Source of the DNA: Deltaproteobacteria bacterium
Lineage (GTDB): Bacteria; Desulfobacterota; Binatia; UBA1149; CAYXZP01
Direction: 5' to 3'
DNA length: 64,000 nt
Assembly (NCBI GenBank): GCA_046583395.1
Contig: JAYGCK010000004.1
Location: 337 to 64,336, forward strand
Shown here: positions 8,678 through 19,227 of the stretch, in pieces
How the letters are laid out: each line of letters starts with the position of its first letter
Numbering within the stretch: the stretch's first letter is position 1
Translations under genes and position numbers: made by a program
The notes under the pieces: model-generated
Told to the model about the DNA's origin: nothing
The model's input: only the letters and a program-made list of their open reading frames with translations
Database searches by the model: none

Positions 8678-9162
8678 GGTTCGTAGAGCCGCACTCTTTT
8701 AGCGTCGTCGGTTGCCGCCAACAAGGCCGACACTGTGCGTCCACACACAGGGTGGACCAGATCGGGGGCCAGCTCCGACATTGGCAAGAGGACAAAGCGG
8801 CGCTCGGAGAGGCGGGGGTGGGGCACCACAAGCTCGGGCTGGTCGATGATTCGGCCGTCGTAGAAAAGGATATCCAGGTCTATCGTCCGCGAAATCGAAG
8901 CGCCGCCCCGCTTGCGCCCCATCGAGGTCTCGAGCGCCTGTAGCTCACCGAGGAGGGTGCCGGGGTCGAGGTCGGTGGATATTTCGACTGCGCCGTTGAG
9001 GAACCAGTTCCGTGCCCGGCCGTGCGGTTCGCTCTCGTAGACCGACGAGCAGCGCTTTAGCCTGGTGGCTTCGAGCCGCCCCAGGCCCGCCATTGCGGTC
9101 TGCAGGTTGGCGTACCGGTCGCCAAGGTTGCTGCCAATCGCGATGTAGACCGGGTGGCTCAC
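8674..9162 (-). CDS. folK: 2-amino-4-hydroxy-6-hydroxymethyldihydropteridine pyrophosphokinase (HPPK)
   Basis: [11 protein letters not shown] ... RTIDLDIL ... VVPHPR. A GTG start at 9160-9162 is chosen just downstream of the dapB stop. The ATG at 9300 would overlap dapB by 125 nt. Confidence 0.75.
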   Translation of the reverse strand: MSHPVYIAIGSNLGDRYANLQTAMAGLGRLEATRLKRCSSVYESEPHGRARNWFLNGAVEISTDLDPGTLLGELQALETSMGRKRGGASISRTIDLDILFYDGRIIDQPELVVPHPRLSERRFVLLPMSELAPDLVHPVCGRTVSALLAATDDAKRVRLYEP

Positions 9163-9175
9163 CCCGTGTTCGTGT

Positions 9176-9994
9176 TCAGTCCCCGGCCAGGACGTCTCGC
9201 ATGGAGTAGAGACCGGCCGGCTTTCCGGCCAGCCACGCGGCCGCGCTGAGAGCACCGAGGGCCAGGCAGTCGCGAGAGGTCGCACGGTGGACCAGTTCAA
9301 TCCGCTCGCCGTTGCCGACCAGCATGACCGTGTGCTCGCCGGCGCTATCGCCGCCGCGAAGAGCGACGACGCCTATCTCACCGCTAGGGCGGGCGCCGAC
9401 CGTGCCCTGCCTTGCCGTTACCAGGTCCTTGGCCGGATTGGCGCCGGAGGCCTCGGCCGCCCGTTCGGCCAGCGCAAGGGCGGTCCCGCTCGGAGAGTCT
9501 TTTTTCTGGTTGTGGTGGAGCTCGACGATCTCGCAGTCGAAATCCTTCCCGAGCATGCCCACGGCCGAGCCGACCAGTTCGGACAGTACGGCAACGCCGC
9601 GGCTGACGTTGGCCGCGATAAGCGTCGGCATGGTGGTGGCCAGCGACTCGGCCTCGGCACGCTGGCCGGCGTCCATCCCCGAGGAGCCGACCACGATGGC
9701 CAGGCCCTTGTCGGCGGCCGTGCGCATGTTCTCCAGCGAGGCTTCGGCACTGGTGAAGTCCAAACACACCGCACCCGGCTCGCCGGCCGAGGCCAGGTCT
9801 TGGCCGATCTCGACCCCGAGCGCTTCGGTGCCGGCCACCGTTCCGGCGTCCTGGCCGAGGACCGGGCTCGAGGCAGCCTCGGTGGCACCGACCACGGTGA
9901 AGCGCGGGTCCTGGTATGCCAGCGCGATAATTCTTTTGCCCATGCGCCCGGCAGCGCCGCAGACGATGAGCTCGACCTTTCGTTCGGAGCTCAT
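9176..9994 (-). CDS. dapB: 4-hydroxy-tetrahydrodipicolinate reductase
   Basis: MSSERKVELIVCGAAGRMGKRI ... EIVELHHNQKKDSPSGTA. The start ATG overlaps the dapA stop by 1 nt. Confidence 0.9.
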   Translation of the reverse strand: MSSERKVELIVCGAAGRMGKRIIALAYQDPRFTVVGATEAASSPVLGQDAGTVAGTEALGVEIGQDLASAGEPGAVCLDFTSAEASLENMRTAADKGLAIVVGSSGMDAGQRAEAESLATTMPTLIAANVSRGVAVLSELVGSAVGMLGKDFDCEIVELHHNQKKDSPSGTALALAERAAEASGANPAKDLVTARQGTVGARPSGEIGVVALRGGDSAGEHTVMLVGNGERIELVHRATSRDCLALGALSAAAWLAGKPAGLYSMRDVLAGD

Positions 9995-10866
9995 CAGAGC
10001 AGCCCCTGTTCGGCCAGCACCTGGCCGAGTTGCTTGCGCCCCTCCTCGGTCATCGGTGTGAGTGGCAACCTGATCTCGTCGGTCATCCGGCCGGTCATGG
10101 CCATAGCGGCCTTGGCCGGGATGGGGTTGGTCTCGAGCGTCATGGCCTGCATGAGCGGCAACAGTTCGCGGTGAATGGCCAGGGCCTCTTCGGCACGGCC
10201 GGCCGCGGCGGCCTCGACCATCTCCTTCATACGGGCGGGGCGAAGATTGGCGGTAACGGCTATGACGCCGCGTGCGCCCACGGCCATCAGTGGCAGGGTC
10301 AGGGGGTCGTCGCCCGATAGGACTGTGAACTCGTCGCCGCACAGCTGCATCACGCGCATGGCGTGGTCGAGCGACCCGCTGGCTTCCTTCAGACCGGCGA
10401 TGTTTGGGACTCGGGCCATCTCGGCGATGGTTTCGGGTGCCATGTTGACGCCGGTTCGTCCGGGGATGTTGTAAACGATGATGGGAATATCGACCGCTTC
10501 GGCTACGGCGGCGTAGTGGCGCACATGACCCTCTTGGGTCGGCTTGTTGTAATAGGGGCTTATAAGGAGCGCGGCGTCGGCACCCGCGGCGGCCGCGAAG
10601 CGGGTCAGCGCTACGGCCTCGGAGGTGCTGTTAGAGCCCGTGCCCGCAATCACCTTGGCGCGTCCGGCGGCCTCTTCGAGCGTTATGCCGATTACGGTCT
10701 CGTGCTCGCCGTGGTCAAGGGTGGCCGACTCGCCGGTGCTGCCGCAGGGGACCAGGCCGTCTATTCCGGCCTCGACCTGTTCGCGGACCAGACGCCGTAG
10801 GGCGTCCTCGTCGACCTTGCCGCCCTTGAAGGGGGTGACCAGTGCGGTGTGTGTGCCTTCGAGCAT
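9994..10866 (-). CDS. dapA: 4-hydroxy-tetrahydrodipicolinate synthase
   Basis: ALVTPF ... GSTGES ... YNIPGRTG ... active-site region. Full-length 290 aa. Confidence 0.9.
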   Translation of the reverse strand: MLEGTHTALVTPFKGGKVDEDALRRLVREQVEAGIDGLVPCGSTGESATLDHGEHETVIGITLEEAAGRAKVIAGTGSNSTSEAVALTRFAAAAGADAALLISPYYNKPTQEGHVRHYAAVAEAVDIPIIVYNIPGRTGVNMAPETIAEMARVPNIAGLKEASGSLDHAMRVMQLCGDEFTVLSGDDPLTLPLMAVGARGVIAVTANLRPARMKEMVEAAAAGRAEEALAIHRELLPLMQAMTLETNPIPAKAAMAMTGRMTDEIRLPLTPMTEEGRKQLGQVLAEQGLL

Positions 10867-10896
10867 TCTGTCTCCCGTCGTTCCTGCGCTTGTGCC

Positions 10897-11766
10897 CTAT
10901 ACGGCCCGCCCGGTCATACGGCCCCGCTCGAGGTCGACATACACGGTGGCCGTGAACAGCTCTACTGCCGGTCCGGTCATCAGAACGCTACCGTCCTCGC
11001 GGTATTCGATATCGAGACTGCCGCCAGCGAGTTCGACCCGGCAGCTTCGCTCGGCAAGCTCCGAGAGCACCGCGGCCACGACTGCCGCACAGGCACCCGT
11101 GCCGCATGCCGCCGTTTCACCCGAGCCGCGTTCCCAGACTCGCATGGTCAGGTGGTCGGGCGCATCGACGCGGACGAACTCGGTGTTGACGCCGGCCGGG
11201 AAGAAGGAATGGCCGGCAAAGGCCGGGCCTATGGCCTCGAGGTTCAGGTCTGCGGGGTCCTCGTCGAAGGTAACGCAGTGAGGATTGCCGACCGCTACAC
11301 AGGTCACTGTCCAATCGCGCCCGTCGACCGTGAGCGGGGCGTCGATAATCTCGCCGTCGCCATCGACCGGGATGCTGCGTCCGTCGAGAACGGCTTGTCC
11401 CATCTCGACGCTTACCGAGTCGACCACCCGGCCCTCCCCGTGGAGCGAGAGCACTTTGGTTCCCGAATCGGTCTCAATCTCGAGCGAGCGCTCGGAGACC
11501 AGCCCGTGCTCGAAGGCGTATTTGCCGAGTGCGCGGATGCCGTTGCCGCACATCTGGCCGCGACTGCCGTCGGCGTTGTACATTTCCATCCGCAGGTCGG
11601 CCTGGCCCGAAGGGTAGATGCATATGATGCCGTCGCTGCCCACTCCGCTGCGACGGTCCGAGAGTATTCGCGAGACCTCGGATGCGTGCTCGAGGGCCGT
11701 TTCGGTGCAGTCAAAGAACAGGTAGTCGTTGAGGCAGCCGTGGAGCTTGGTGAAACTGAGTTCCAT
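10897..11766 (-). CDS. dapF: Diaminopimelate epimerase
   Basis: MELSFTKLHGCLNDYLFFD ... CGNGIR ... ERGSGETAACGTGACA. Confidence 0.9.
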   Translation of the reverse strand: MELSFTKLHGCLNDYLFFDCTETALEHASEVSRILSDRRSGVGSDGIICIYPSGQADLRMEMYNADGSRGQMCGNGIRALGKYAFEHGLVSERSLEIETDSGTKVLSLHGEGRVVDSVSVEMGQAVLDGRSIPVDGDGEIIDAPLTVDGRDWTVTCVAVGNPHCVTFDEDPADLNLEAIGPAFAGHSFFPAGVNTEFVRVDAPDHLTMRVWERGSGETAACGTGACAAVVAAVLSELAERSCRVELAGGSLDIEYREDGSVLMTGPAVELFTATVYVDLERGRMTGRAV

Positions 11767-11773
11767 CGCCCGG

Positions 11774-13027
11774 CTATGTGAGCCCGTCGGGGATCGACTC
11801 GCCCTCGAACAGGGACGCGGTCGTTTCACGGCGGCGGACCACGTGGAACTCGGCACCGTCGACCATGACCTCGGCCGGCCGCGGGCGGCTGTTGTAGTTA
11901 GAGGCCATCACGAAGCCGTAGGCACCCGCGCTCATGACGGCCAACACGCCGCCGGGCTCGACAGCCGGGACCTCACGGCCCCTTGCCAGAAAATCGCCGG
12001 TCTCACAGATAGGTCCGACGACGTCGGCCACCACGGTATTTGGTGTTTCTTCGACCGCTTCGATGCGATGGTAGGCATCGTAGAACGAGGGTCGGGCCAG
12101 ATCGTTCATCGCCGCGTCCACGACGAGGAAGTTCTTGTCGGCGTTGCTCTTGTGGAACAGCGCCGTGGTAAGCAGCAGCCCGGCGTTTCCCGCAATCGAG
12201 CGTCCGGGCTCGACTAGGATGGTCAGCTCGCGCCCGCCCACGGCCTGACCCAGCACGGCCGCCCAGTCGGCGGCCTCGGGCGGCTGCTCGTCGTCGTAGA
12301 CGATCCCCAGCCCGCCGCCCATGTCGAGGTGGCTGAGGGGTATGCCGGCCTCGGCCAGGCGGTCGATCAAGGCAACGGCGCGCGAGGCCGCCTCGGCGAT
12401 AGGGGCGGCCGAGGTCAGTTGGCTACCGATATGGCAGTCGAGCCCGATGACATCGAGGCCTTCCATCGATGCCGCCCGGGCGTAGTCCTCCATGCAGCGC
12501 TCCATGGCGATGCCGAACTTGCTCGTCTTGAGGCCGGTCGAGATGTAGGGGTGGGTCTCGGGGTCAACATCGGGGTTCACCCGTAGCGACACCGGCGCGC
12601 GTAGTCCCATCTGGCCGGCTACGCGGTCGATGAGGTCAAGCTCGGCCGGGCACTCTACGTTGAGCATCAGGATGCCGGCCTCAAGCGCACGGCGGAGTTC
12701 CCACTCCTGTTTGCCGACCCCGGAGAAGACCACCTTGGAAGCATCGCCGCCGGCGGCAAGCACGCGTTCGAGTTCGCCGCCCGAGACCACGTCGAAGCCG
12801 GCGCCGCGGCCGGCAAGTTCGGCCAGTACGGCAAGATTGGAGTTGGCCTTTACCGAGTAGCAGACCAGATGTGGGAGATTGCCGAAACCACGGCCGTAGG
12901 CGTCGAAGGCGGCCCCGAGCGCAGCCCGGCTGTAGACGTAGCAGGGCGTACCGACCTCGCGCGCGATGCGTGAGAGCGCGACCTCTTCGGCGTGCAGTTC
13001 GCCATTCTTTCTGCTGAACGCTTCCAT
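11774..13027 (-). CDS. lysA: Diaminopimelate decarboxylase
   Basis: PLP fold III decarboxylase motifs: YSVKAN, HIGSQ, GGGLG, EPGRS, CETGD. Confidence 0.9.
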   Translation of the reverse strand: MEAFSRKNGELHAEEVALSRIAREVGTPCYVYSRAALGAAFDAYGRGFGNLPHLVCYSVKANSNLAVLAELAGRGAGFDVVSGGELERVLAAGGDASKVVFSGVGKQEWELRRALEAGILMLNVECPAELDLIDRVAGQMGLRAPVSLRVNPDVDPETHPYISTGLKTSKFGIAMERCMEDYARAASMEGLDVIGLDCHIGSQLTSAAPIAEAASRAVALIDRLAEAGIPLSHLDMGGGLGIVYDDEQPPEAADWAAVLGQAVGGRELTILVEPGRSIAGNAGLLLTTALFHKSNADKNFLVVDAAMNDLARPSFYDAYHRIEAVEETPNTVVADVVGPICETGDFLARGREVPAVEPGGVLAVMSAGAYGFVMASNYNSRPRPAEVMVDGAEFHVVRRRETTASLFEGESIPDGLT

Positions 13028-13092
13028 CGCGGTGCCCTACTCTTGGCGCGAATATAATCGGGCCATTCCTCGAAGGCGAGTGGGAAGGGGGG

Positions 13093-14043
13093 TTAGCCGC
13101 CGTTTGTGGCGGTGCCGAGCAGTTTCGCGGTGGCGGTGTCCTTTACCGAGACCACGGTCTGGCCCACCGCTTTGAAGAAGCCGCCTAGAGGCCGGCCGGG
13201 ACCTACCTCGATCACCCTGGCCGCCCGGTCCTGTCCGGCGATGGCCGCCATATTGTCGGCCCACCTGACCGTCGAGCTGAGCTGACGCCCGAGTGCATCG
13301 ACCAGGGCGGCACGCTCGCCGCTGTGGAAGCCGCCGCTGGTGTTCGAGGTCACCTTTGTCGCGTGTTCGCAATTCCAGGCCCCGGACCCTTCGTCGAGCA
13401 GCGCGGTCAGGGCGGCCGCCGCGCTGCGCATGAAACGCGAATGAAAAGGCGCAGAGACCCGCAAGCGTTTGACCCGCGGTCGCATGCCGCTGTTCCTTAG
13501 TACGGCCACGGCGCGGTCCAGCTCTTCGGCCAGTCCGCTAAGGACTATCTGGTCGGGGGCATTTATGTTGGCGATGTCGACCTCGAGATCCTCGATGGCA
13601 GCCGTGACCGCTTCCTCGTCGAGCGGGTTCCCTGGTCTGGCTATCAAGGCGGCCATCGCACCGTCGGCGGGCGCGGCCTCCTGCATCAACCGCCCACGCT
13701 CACGGACCAGGGGGGCTGCCTGGGAAAGCTCGAGCACACCGGCGGCGACCAGCGCGGCGTATTCTCCAAGGCTGTGACCGCCGAAGATGTCCGGCCTGAT
13801 GCCGAACTCGGCGGCGAGCGTGCGGTACATCGCTATTTCGGCCACCAGGATGGCCGGTTGCTGGAACTCGGTCATAGAGAGCCGCCGCTCGTCCTGGCAT
13901 AGCTCGGCGACGTCGAATCCGAGCGCGCCGGAGGCCTCGACAAAACTTTCACGGGCCGCGGCGAAGTCGCGCCTGAAGTCGGCGGCCATACCGGGCCGCT
14001 GCGAGCCCTGTCCGGGAAAGACGACGGCGGTCGTCCGTTTCAT
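13093..14043 (-). CDS. fabD: Malonyl-CoA:ACP transacylase
   Basis: VFPGQGSQRPGM ... GHSLGEYAALVAAG ... active-site GHSLG. Confidence 0.9.
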   Translation of the reverse strand: MKRTTAVVFPGQGSQRPGMAADFRRDFAAARESFVEASGALGFDVAELCQDERRLSMTEFQQPAILVAEIAMYRTLAAEFGIRPDIFGGHSLGEYAALVAAGVLELSQAAPLVRERGRLMQEAAPADGAMAALIARPGNPLDEEAVTAAIEDLEVDIANINAPDQIVLSGLAEELDRAVAVLRNSGMRPRVKRLRVSAPFHSRFMRSAAAALTALLDEGSGAWNCEHATKVTSNTSGGFHSGERAALVDALGRQLSSTVRWADNMAAIAGQDRAARVIEVGPGRPLGGFFKAVGQTVVSVKDTATAKLLGTATNGG

Positions 14044-14055
14044 GCCCGTCATCCC

Positions 14056-14487
14056 TTAGTGTGCCGGGAGCGTAATCGACGAGGCCGGGCTAGGTTGGCC
14101 CCGCTGCCCGTCGGCAAGAAATGCGCGCACCCGGTATGACAGGCGTCCGGGCAATGCTTGGTCGTCACGCGCTTCGAAGTCCCGTTGCGGGCGTATGCGT
14201 TGGTTGTCGTTGACTGTGACTCGCGCGATCTCCTCGAACCCGCCGCCGCTATCGCGCTCTATACTGAAACCGGCAAGGTCGTAGAGGCGGGCGCCGTCGT
14301 GGCTGTGTTCGGCGCGTTGCCAGCTGACGCTTACCTCGCCGCTTTCGGATACCACCAACCGGGGTGCCGACGGGACCAGCGGCGCCGTGTCCTCCATCGG
14401 TCGCGGGGCGGTCTTGAGGCCGCAGGCCAGCAAGGTCGTCAGCAGCAGGCAGACCGCCAGGGTCCTGGGCTGGCAGCGGCGGGTCAC
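14056..14487 (-). CDS. LptM(YifL)-like lipoprotein with an extended (FN3-like?) C-terminal region
   Basis: MTRRCQPRTLAVCLLLTTLLACGLKTAPRP has lipobox-Cys followed by GLK, as in E. coli LptM (..LTGCGLKGPLY). The ATG overlaps the argH stop (ATGA). It lies in a dapF/xerC neighbourhood, as lptM does in enterics. Confidence 0.5.
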   Translation of the reverse strand: MTRRCQPRTLAVCLLLTTLLACGLKTAPRPMEDTAPLVPSAPRLVVSESGEVSVSWQRAEHSHDGARLYDLAGFSIERDSGGGFEEIARVTVNDNQRIRPQRDFEARDDQALPGRLSYRVRAFLADGQRGQPSPASSITLPAH

Positions 14488-15896
14488 TTCGACAGCCGCC
14501 GTAGCCGCCGCCTGAGGACCGTTCTTGCGGTGCCGCCGGCGCTCTTTCTCGAATCTACCGCCCGGGCGCTGCTCAGTCCGCCGACCATGCCGGCATCGAG
14601 CTTGGACGATATCTTTTTCAGGGCCGCGGCGCCGACCTCCCCTAGGGCCAGCCCGGTGTCGAGACAGTGCGCCACCAGGCGTCCGGTTATCTCGTGGGCC
14701 TCGCGGAAGGGTAGGCCCTGCTCGACCAGGCCTTCGGCCAGGTCGGTGGCCAGCAACAATGAGTCCGAGGCCGCCTCGGCCATCTTGTTCTCGTCAAAGG
14801 ATAGAGTTGCCACCATGGCGGCAAGCGTATCGAGCGCGCCCACGGATGTATCGACACTGTCGAACAAGGGCTCCTTGTCCTCCTGCAGGTCGCTGTTGTA
14901 GGCCAGCGGTAGTCCCTTGATGGTCGTCAACAGGGCCATAAGGTTTCCGTAGGCCCGTCCCGACTTGCCGCGCACCAGCTCGGCAATGTCCGGGTTGCGC
15001 TTTTGCGGCATCATCGAACTGCCGGTCGAGAACCGGTCGTCGAGACGAACGAAGCCGAACTCGCTGGTGGCCCACAGCGTTATCTCCCCGGCCAAGCGGC
15101 TGAGGTTGGAGAATAGTATGGCGATTGCTGCCAGTAGCTCCGCGATGAAATCGCGGCTGGCCACGGCATCCATCGAATTGTCGGCCACCTGGGCAAACCC
15201 CAGCTCACGGGCGACCATCCCCGGGTCGATGGGCAGGGTGGTCCCGGCCAAGGCACCGGCGCCGAGCACCAATGTGTCGGCCCGGGCCACCGCATCGGAT
15301 ACCCGGCCGCGGTCACGGCCGAGCATATCGTGATAGGCCAGCAAGTGATGGCCGAGCAGTACGGGTTGCGCCCTTTGCAGGTGGGTGTAGCCGGGCATCA
15401 AGGCCTCGCCCTGTTTGCCGGCAACGGCCACGAGAGCACTCTGCAGCCCGGCGATGGCCTGGTCTATGGCCTGGCCGGCATCCTTGACGAACAGGCGAAC
15501 ATCGGTGGCGACCTGGTCGTTACGGCTCTTGCCGGCGTGGAGCTTGGCGCCGACCCGCCCGATCTTTTCCACCAGCCGTCTTTCGACGGCCATGTGGATG
15601 TCCTCGTCGCTCTTGTCGGGAACGAACTTGCCGGCGGCCAGCTCGGCTTCGACCGCACCGAGACCGGCGACTATCTTGTTACGCTCGGCCGCGCTTATCA
15701 CGCCGACCTTGGCCAGCATACGGGCATGCGCCGTCGAGACGCGGATGTCGTAGGGGTAAAGCCTGATGTCGAAGCCGATCGAGGCCGTGAACGCGAGCGC
15801 GTCCCGGTCGGTCGCGGCGGCGAAACGTCCGCCCCAACTCCGATTGGCTTGCCGCTTGGCGGCCGGCTTTGGTTTACTCTTCTTCTTGGCCACCAC
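14484..15896 (-). CDS. argH: Argininosuccinate lyase with a Lys-rich N-terminal extension (GTG start)
   Basis: SWGGRF ... GKSRNDQVATD ... MPGYTHLQRAQP. The only start codons upstream of SWGGRF are GTG GTG, giving (M)VAKKKSKPKPAAKRQANR. Confidence 0.9.
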   Translation of the reverse strand: MVAKKKSKPKPAAKRQANRSWGGRFAAATDRDALAFTASIGFDIRLYPYDIRVSTAHARMLAKVGVISAAERNKIVAGLGAVEAELAAGKFVPDKSDEDIHMAVERRLVEKIGRVGAKLHAGKSRNDQVATDVRLFVKDAGQAIDQAIAGLQSALVAVAGKQGEALMPGYTHLQRAQPVLLGHHLLAYHDMLGRDRGRVSDAVARADTLVLGAGALAGTTLPIDPGMVARELGFAQVADNSMDAVASRDFIAELLAAIAILFSNLSRLAGEITLWATSEFGFVRLDDRFSTGSSMMPQKRNPDIAELVRGKSGRAYGNLMALLTTIKGLPLAYNSDLQEDKEPLFDSVDTSVGALDTLAAMVATLSFDENKMAEAASDSLLLATDLAEGLVEQGLPFREAHEITGRLVAHCLDTGLALGEVGAAALKKISSKLDAGMVGGLSSARAVDSRKSAGGTARTVLRRRLRRLSK

Positions 15897-17111
15897 TCAG
15901 CCTCGCTTCTTGGCCAACAGATTGCGGACCCTGAGCCTGAGCGCGTTTAGCCGGATGAAGCCGGTCGCGTCGGCCTGAGCGTAGACCTCGTCGGCTTCGA
16001 AGGTCGCCAGCTCGGGGTCGTAAAGGGAGTTGTCCGAGCGCCGGCCGACCACGGAGGCCGTACCTTTATACAGTTTTATCCGGACGCTGCCGCTCATGGG
16101 CTTCTGGCTTTCGTCGACGGCCGCCTGGAGCATCTCGCGCTCGGGGGAGAACCAATAGCCGTAGTAGACCATCTCGGCGTAGCGCGGCACCAGGCTGTCG
16201 CGCAGGTGGACGACCTCGCGGTCGAGCACCAAGGACTCCAGCCCCCGGTGGGCGGCCGCCAGGACCGTTCCGCCGGGGGTCTCGTAGACACCCCGCGATT
16301 TCATCCCGACATAGCGGTTCTCGACAATGTCGGCTCTTCCGACCCCCTCGGCGCCGGCCACGGCGTTTAACCGGGCGAGCAACTCGTAGGGTGAGAGCCG
16401 TTGGCCGTCTATGGCCACGGGGTCGCCGTTCTCGTAATCAATCTCAAGATAGACCGGGCGGTCGGGGGCCTTTTCGGGTGCAACCGTGGTCAGGAACATG
16501 TCCTCGGCCGGTTCCTGCCAGGGGTCTTCCAGGTCGTAGCCCTCGTAACTGATGTGGAGCGCGTTGGCGTCCATCGAGTAGCCACGCTCGACCGTGCCGG
16601 GCACCTCTATCCCGTGCTTTGATGCGAACTCGAACAGCTTGGTCCGCGAGTCGAGGTCCCAGGTCCGCCACGGCGCCACAATCGCAAGCTCCGGGGCCAG
16701 GGCGTTGAAGGTAAGTTCGAAGCGAACCTGGTCGTTGCCTTTGCCGGTGGCACCGTGCGAGACCGCGTCGGAGACGGTGGCATGGGCGACCTCGACCTGG
16801 CGCTGGGCGATGGCGGGCCGCGCAATCGCGGTGCCGAGCAGATAGCTGCCTTCGTAGACCGCCGCGGCCCTCATCATCGGGAAGACGAAATCTGACACGA
16901 AACTCTCGCGCAGGTCCTCGACCCTTACTTCGGCCGCGCCGGTAGCCTGGGCCTTGGCCTCTATCGCCCGAAGGTCCTCGTCCTGGCCGACGTCGGCTAC
17001 GTAGGCCACTACCTCGCAGCCGTAGGTCTCGACCAGCCACTTGAGGATGACCGAGGTGTCGAGCCCGCCGCTGTATGCCAGCACTATTTTCTTGGGACCG
17101 GAGCCGCTCAT
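15897..17111 (-). CDS. argG: Argininosuccinate synthase
   Basis: [14 protein letters not shown] ... full length 404 aa. Confidence 0.9.
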   Translation of the reverse strand: MSGSGPKKIVLAYSGGLDTSVILKWLVETYGCEVVAYVADVGQDEDLRAIEAKAQATGAAEVRVEDLRESFVSDFVFPMMRAAAVYEGSYLLGTAIARPAIAQRQVEVAHATVSDAVSHGATGKGNDQVRFELTFNALAPELAIVAPWRTWDLDSRTKLFEFASKHGIEVPGTVERGYSMDANALHISYEGYDLEDPWQEPAEDMFLTTVAPEKAPDRPVYLEIDYENGDPVAIDGQRLSPYELLARLNAVAGAEGVGRADIVENRYVGMKSRGVYETPGGTVLAAAHRGLESLVLDREVVHLRDSLVPRYAEMVYYGYWFSPEREMLQAAVDESQKPMSGSVRIKLYKGTASVVGRRSDNSLYDPELATFEADEVYAQADATGFIRLNALRLRVRNLLAKKRG

Positions 17112-18058
17112 GGCCTGGCCCCTTCGGCGCCCAGCAGCCAGGCGAGCAGGGCCTTTTGTGCGTGAAGCCGGTTCTCGGCCTGCCTGAGCACGATGGAGTG
17201 GGGGCCGTCGAGGACCTCGGCGCTGATTTCCTCACCTCTGTGCGCGGGCAGACAGTGCATGACCATTACGTCCTTGGCGGCGCGCTCAACCGCGGCAGCG
17301 TCGAGTTGGTAACCGTTGAAGTCACGTCTGCGTTGCCCGGTCTCGTCTTCTTGCCCCATGCTCGTCCACACGTCGGTATAAAGGACATCGGCGTCTGTGG
17401 TCCCCGTCACCATGTCGCCTGTGACCGTAATCTTGCCCGAGGCGTGCTCGCGGGCCCTTGCCAGGATGGTCTCGTCGGGCTCGTAACCGGGGGGGCATAC
17501 AAGTGTGAAATCGAAACCCATGGTGGCGGCCGCCAGCAGCCATGAATGTACCACGTTGTTGCCGTCGCCCACGAAGGTGACCGACAGGGAGGACAGGTCG
17601 CGGGGGGTCTCGGCCAGCGTAAAGCAATCGGCCAACACCTGGCAGGGGTGGCTCAAGTCGCTAAGACCGTTGATGACCGGAACGCTGGCGTGCTCACCGA
17701 GCTCGACCACGGTCGAGTGCGAGAAGGTCCGGGCCATTATCGCGTCTACCCAGCAAGAAAGGTTGGTTGCGATGTCGGGGACCGACTCCCGGCTACCGAG
17801 CTGTATGTCGCCCGGTGCCAGATAGATGGCCACTCCGCCCAGTTGGTTCATCCCGGCCTCGAAGGTGACCCGCGTCCTCAGGCTCGGCTTCTCGAATATC
17901 ATCGCCAAGGTGGTGCCCGGCAGCCACGGGTGTGCGCGGCCGGCCTGGAGATCGGCCTTGAGACGTCCGGCGATCCCGAGAAGGAACTCGAACTCCTCCT
18001 TGGACAGGTCAGCAAGGGTGATGAGGTCTCGTTTTGGGGATAGCGCCGGTTTGGTCAT
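17108..18058 (-). CDS. argF: Ornithine carbamoyltransferase
   Basis: SLRTRVTFE ... [10 protein letters not shown]. Confidence 0.85.
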   Translation of the reverse strand: MTKPALSPKRDLITLADLSKEEFEFLLGIAGRLKADLQAGRAHPWLPGTTLAMIFEKPSLRTRVTFEAGMNQLGGVAIYLAPGDIQLGSRESVPDIATNLSCWVDAIMARTFSHSTVVELGEHASVPVINGLSDLSHPCQVLADCFTLAETPRDLSSLSVTFVGDGNNVVHSWLLAAATMGFDFTLVCPPGYEPDETILARAREHASGKITVTGDMVTGTTDADVLYTDVWTSMGQEDETGQRRRDFNGYQLDAAAVERAAKDVMVMHCLPAHRGEEISAEVLDGPHSIVLRQAENRLHAQKALLAWLLGAEGARP

Positions 18059-19227
18059 CCCAGTGCCCTTCCCAGCATATCGATGCCTTCGTCGATCTCG
18101 TCGGTGCTGATGATGAGCGGCGGTAGGAAGCGCAGCACGGTGACGGCCGTAGAGTTCACGAGCAGGCCCTCGGCGAGCGCGGCCTCTACCACCGGGCGCG
18201 CGGGCCTGTCCAGCTCCATGCCCACGAGCAGCCCTTTACCGCGAACGTCGACGACATCGCTGCGGGTCCCGGCGAGCTTTTTGAGCGCGGCCAGCAGATG
18301 TGCCCCCGACCTTTTGCAGTTATCGATGACGGCGTCGTTGTCGAAGGCCTCGAGCAGGGCCAGGGATGCCCGGCAGGCCACCGGGTTTCCGCCAAAGGTG
18401 GTGCCATGGCTGCCGGCGACCAGGGCCGCCGAGGCCTTTTCGGTGGCCAGCACCGCGCCTATCGGAATACCGCCGGCCAGACCCTTGGCGGTGGTAAGGA
18501 TGTCGGGAACGGCGCCGCTGGGTTCGTAGGCGAACAAAGTGCCGGTCCGTCCCATGCCGGTCTGCACCTCGTCGAGTATCATCAGGCAACCGGCCTGGTC
18601 GCAGATCTCGCGTACGCGGGCGAGATAATCATCGTCGGGCACGACCACGCCGCCCTCGCCGAGCAGCGGTTCGACCAGGACGGCTGCGGTGTTCTCATCG
18701 GCCGCTTCGGCCAGTGCGGCCGTGTCGTTATAGGCCACGTGGGTGAAGCCTTCGGGCATCGGGCCGAAGCCCTCCCGAGGCGCGCCCTGTCCGGTGGCGG
18801 CCAAGGAGGCCATGGTCCTGCCGTGGAAGGAATCATGGCTCGATACGATGCCGTGGCGCGTGGCGTCGCTGCGCCGGGCCATTTTGATTGCCGCCTCGTT
18901 GGCCTCGGTCCCGCTGTTACAAAAGAACACGCGGCTGGCAAAGCTCCTGTTGACCAACTGCTCGGCCAGCCGTGCCGAGGGTTCGTTGTAGAACAGATTG
19001 GAGGTGTGGAGCAGGGTGGCGGCCTGTTCCGAGATTGCCCGGACCAGACCGGGGTGCGCGTGGCCGAGCGCCGACACGGCAATCCCCGCCATCATATCGA
19101 GATAGGACCGGCCGTCCTCGTCCCATACCCGGCAGCCCTCGCCGCGTACCAAGGCCACCGGAAAGCGCGCGTAGTTGGCTACCGTATAGGAGTCGGTCGT
19201 CTCTTTGGTGCCGGCCATGGGATTCAC
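18055..19227 (-). CDS. argD: Acetylornithine aminotransferase
   Basis: Class-III aminotransferase: DEVQTGMGRTG, TTAKGLAGG. Confidence 0.85.
   Translation of the reverse strand: MNPMAGTKETTDSYTVANYARFPVALVRGEGCRVWDEDGRSYLDMMAGIAVSALGHAHPGLVRAISEQAATLLHTSNLFYNEPSARLAEQLVNRSFASRVFFCNSGTEANEAAIKMARRSDATRHGIVSSHDSFHGRTMASLAATGQGAPREGFGPMPEGFTHVAYNDTAALAEAADENTAAVLVEPLLGEGGVVVPDDDYLARVREICDQAGCLMILDEVQTGMGRTGTLFAYEPSGAVPDILTTAKGLAGGIPIGAVLATEKASAALVAGSHGTTFGGNPVACRASLALLEAFDNDAVIDNCKRSGAHLLAALKKLAGTRSDVVDVRGKGLLVGMELDRPARPVVEAALAEGLLVNSTAVTVLRFLPPLIISTDEIDEGIDMLGRALG

Noticed and set aside
16444-17235. 263-aa Arg-rich ORF inside argG/argF
   Set aside because: Antisense or alternate-frame artefact typical of GC-rich DNA. 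argG and argF are full-length in their own frames.
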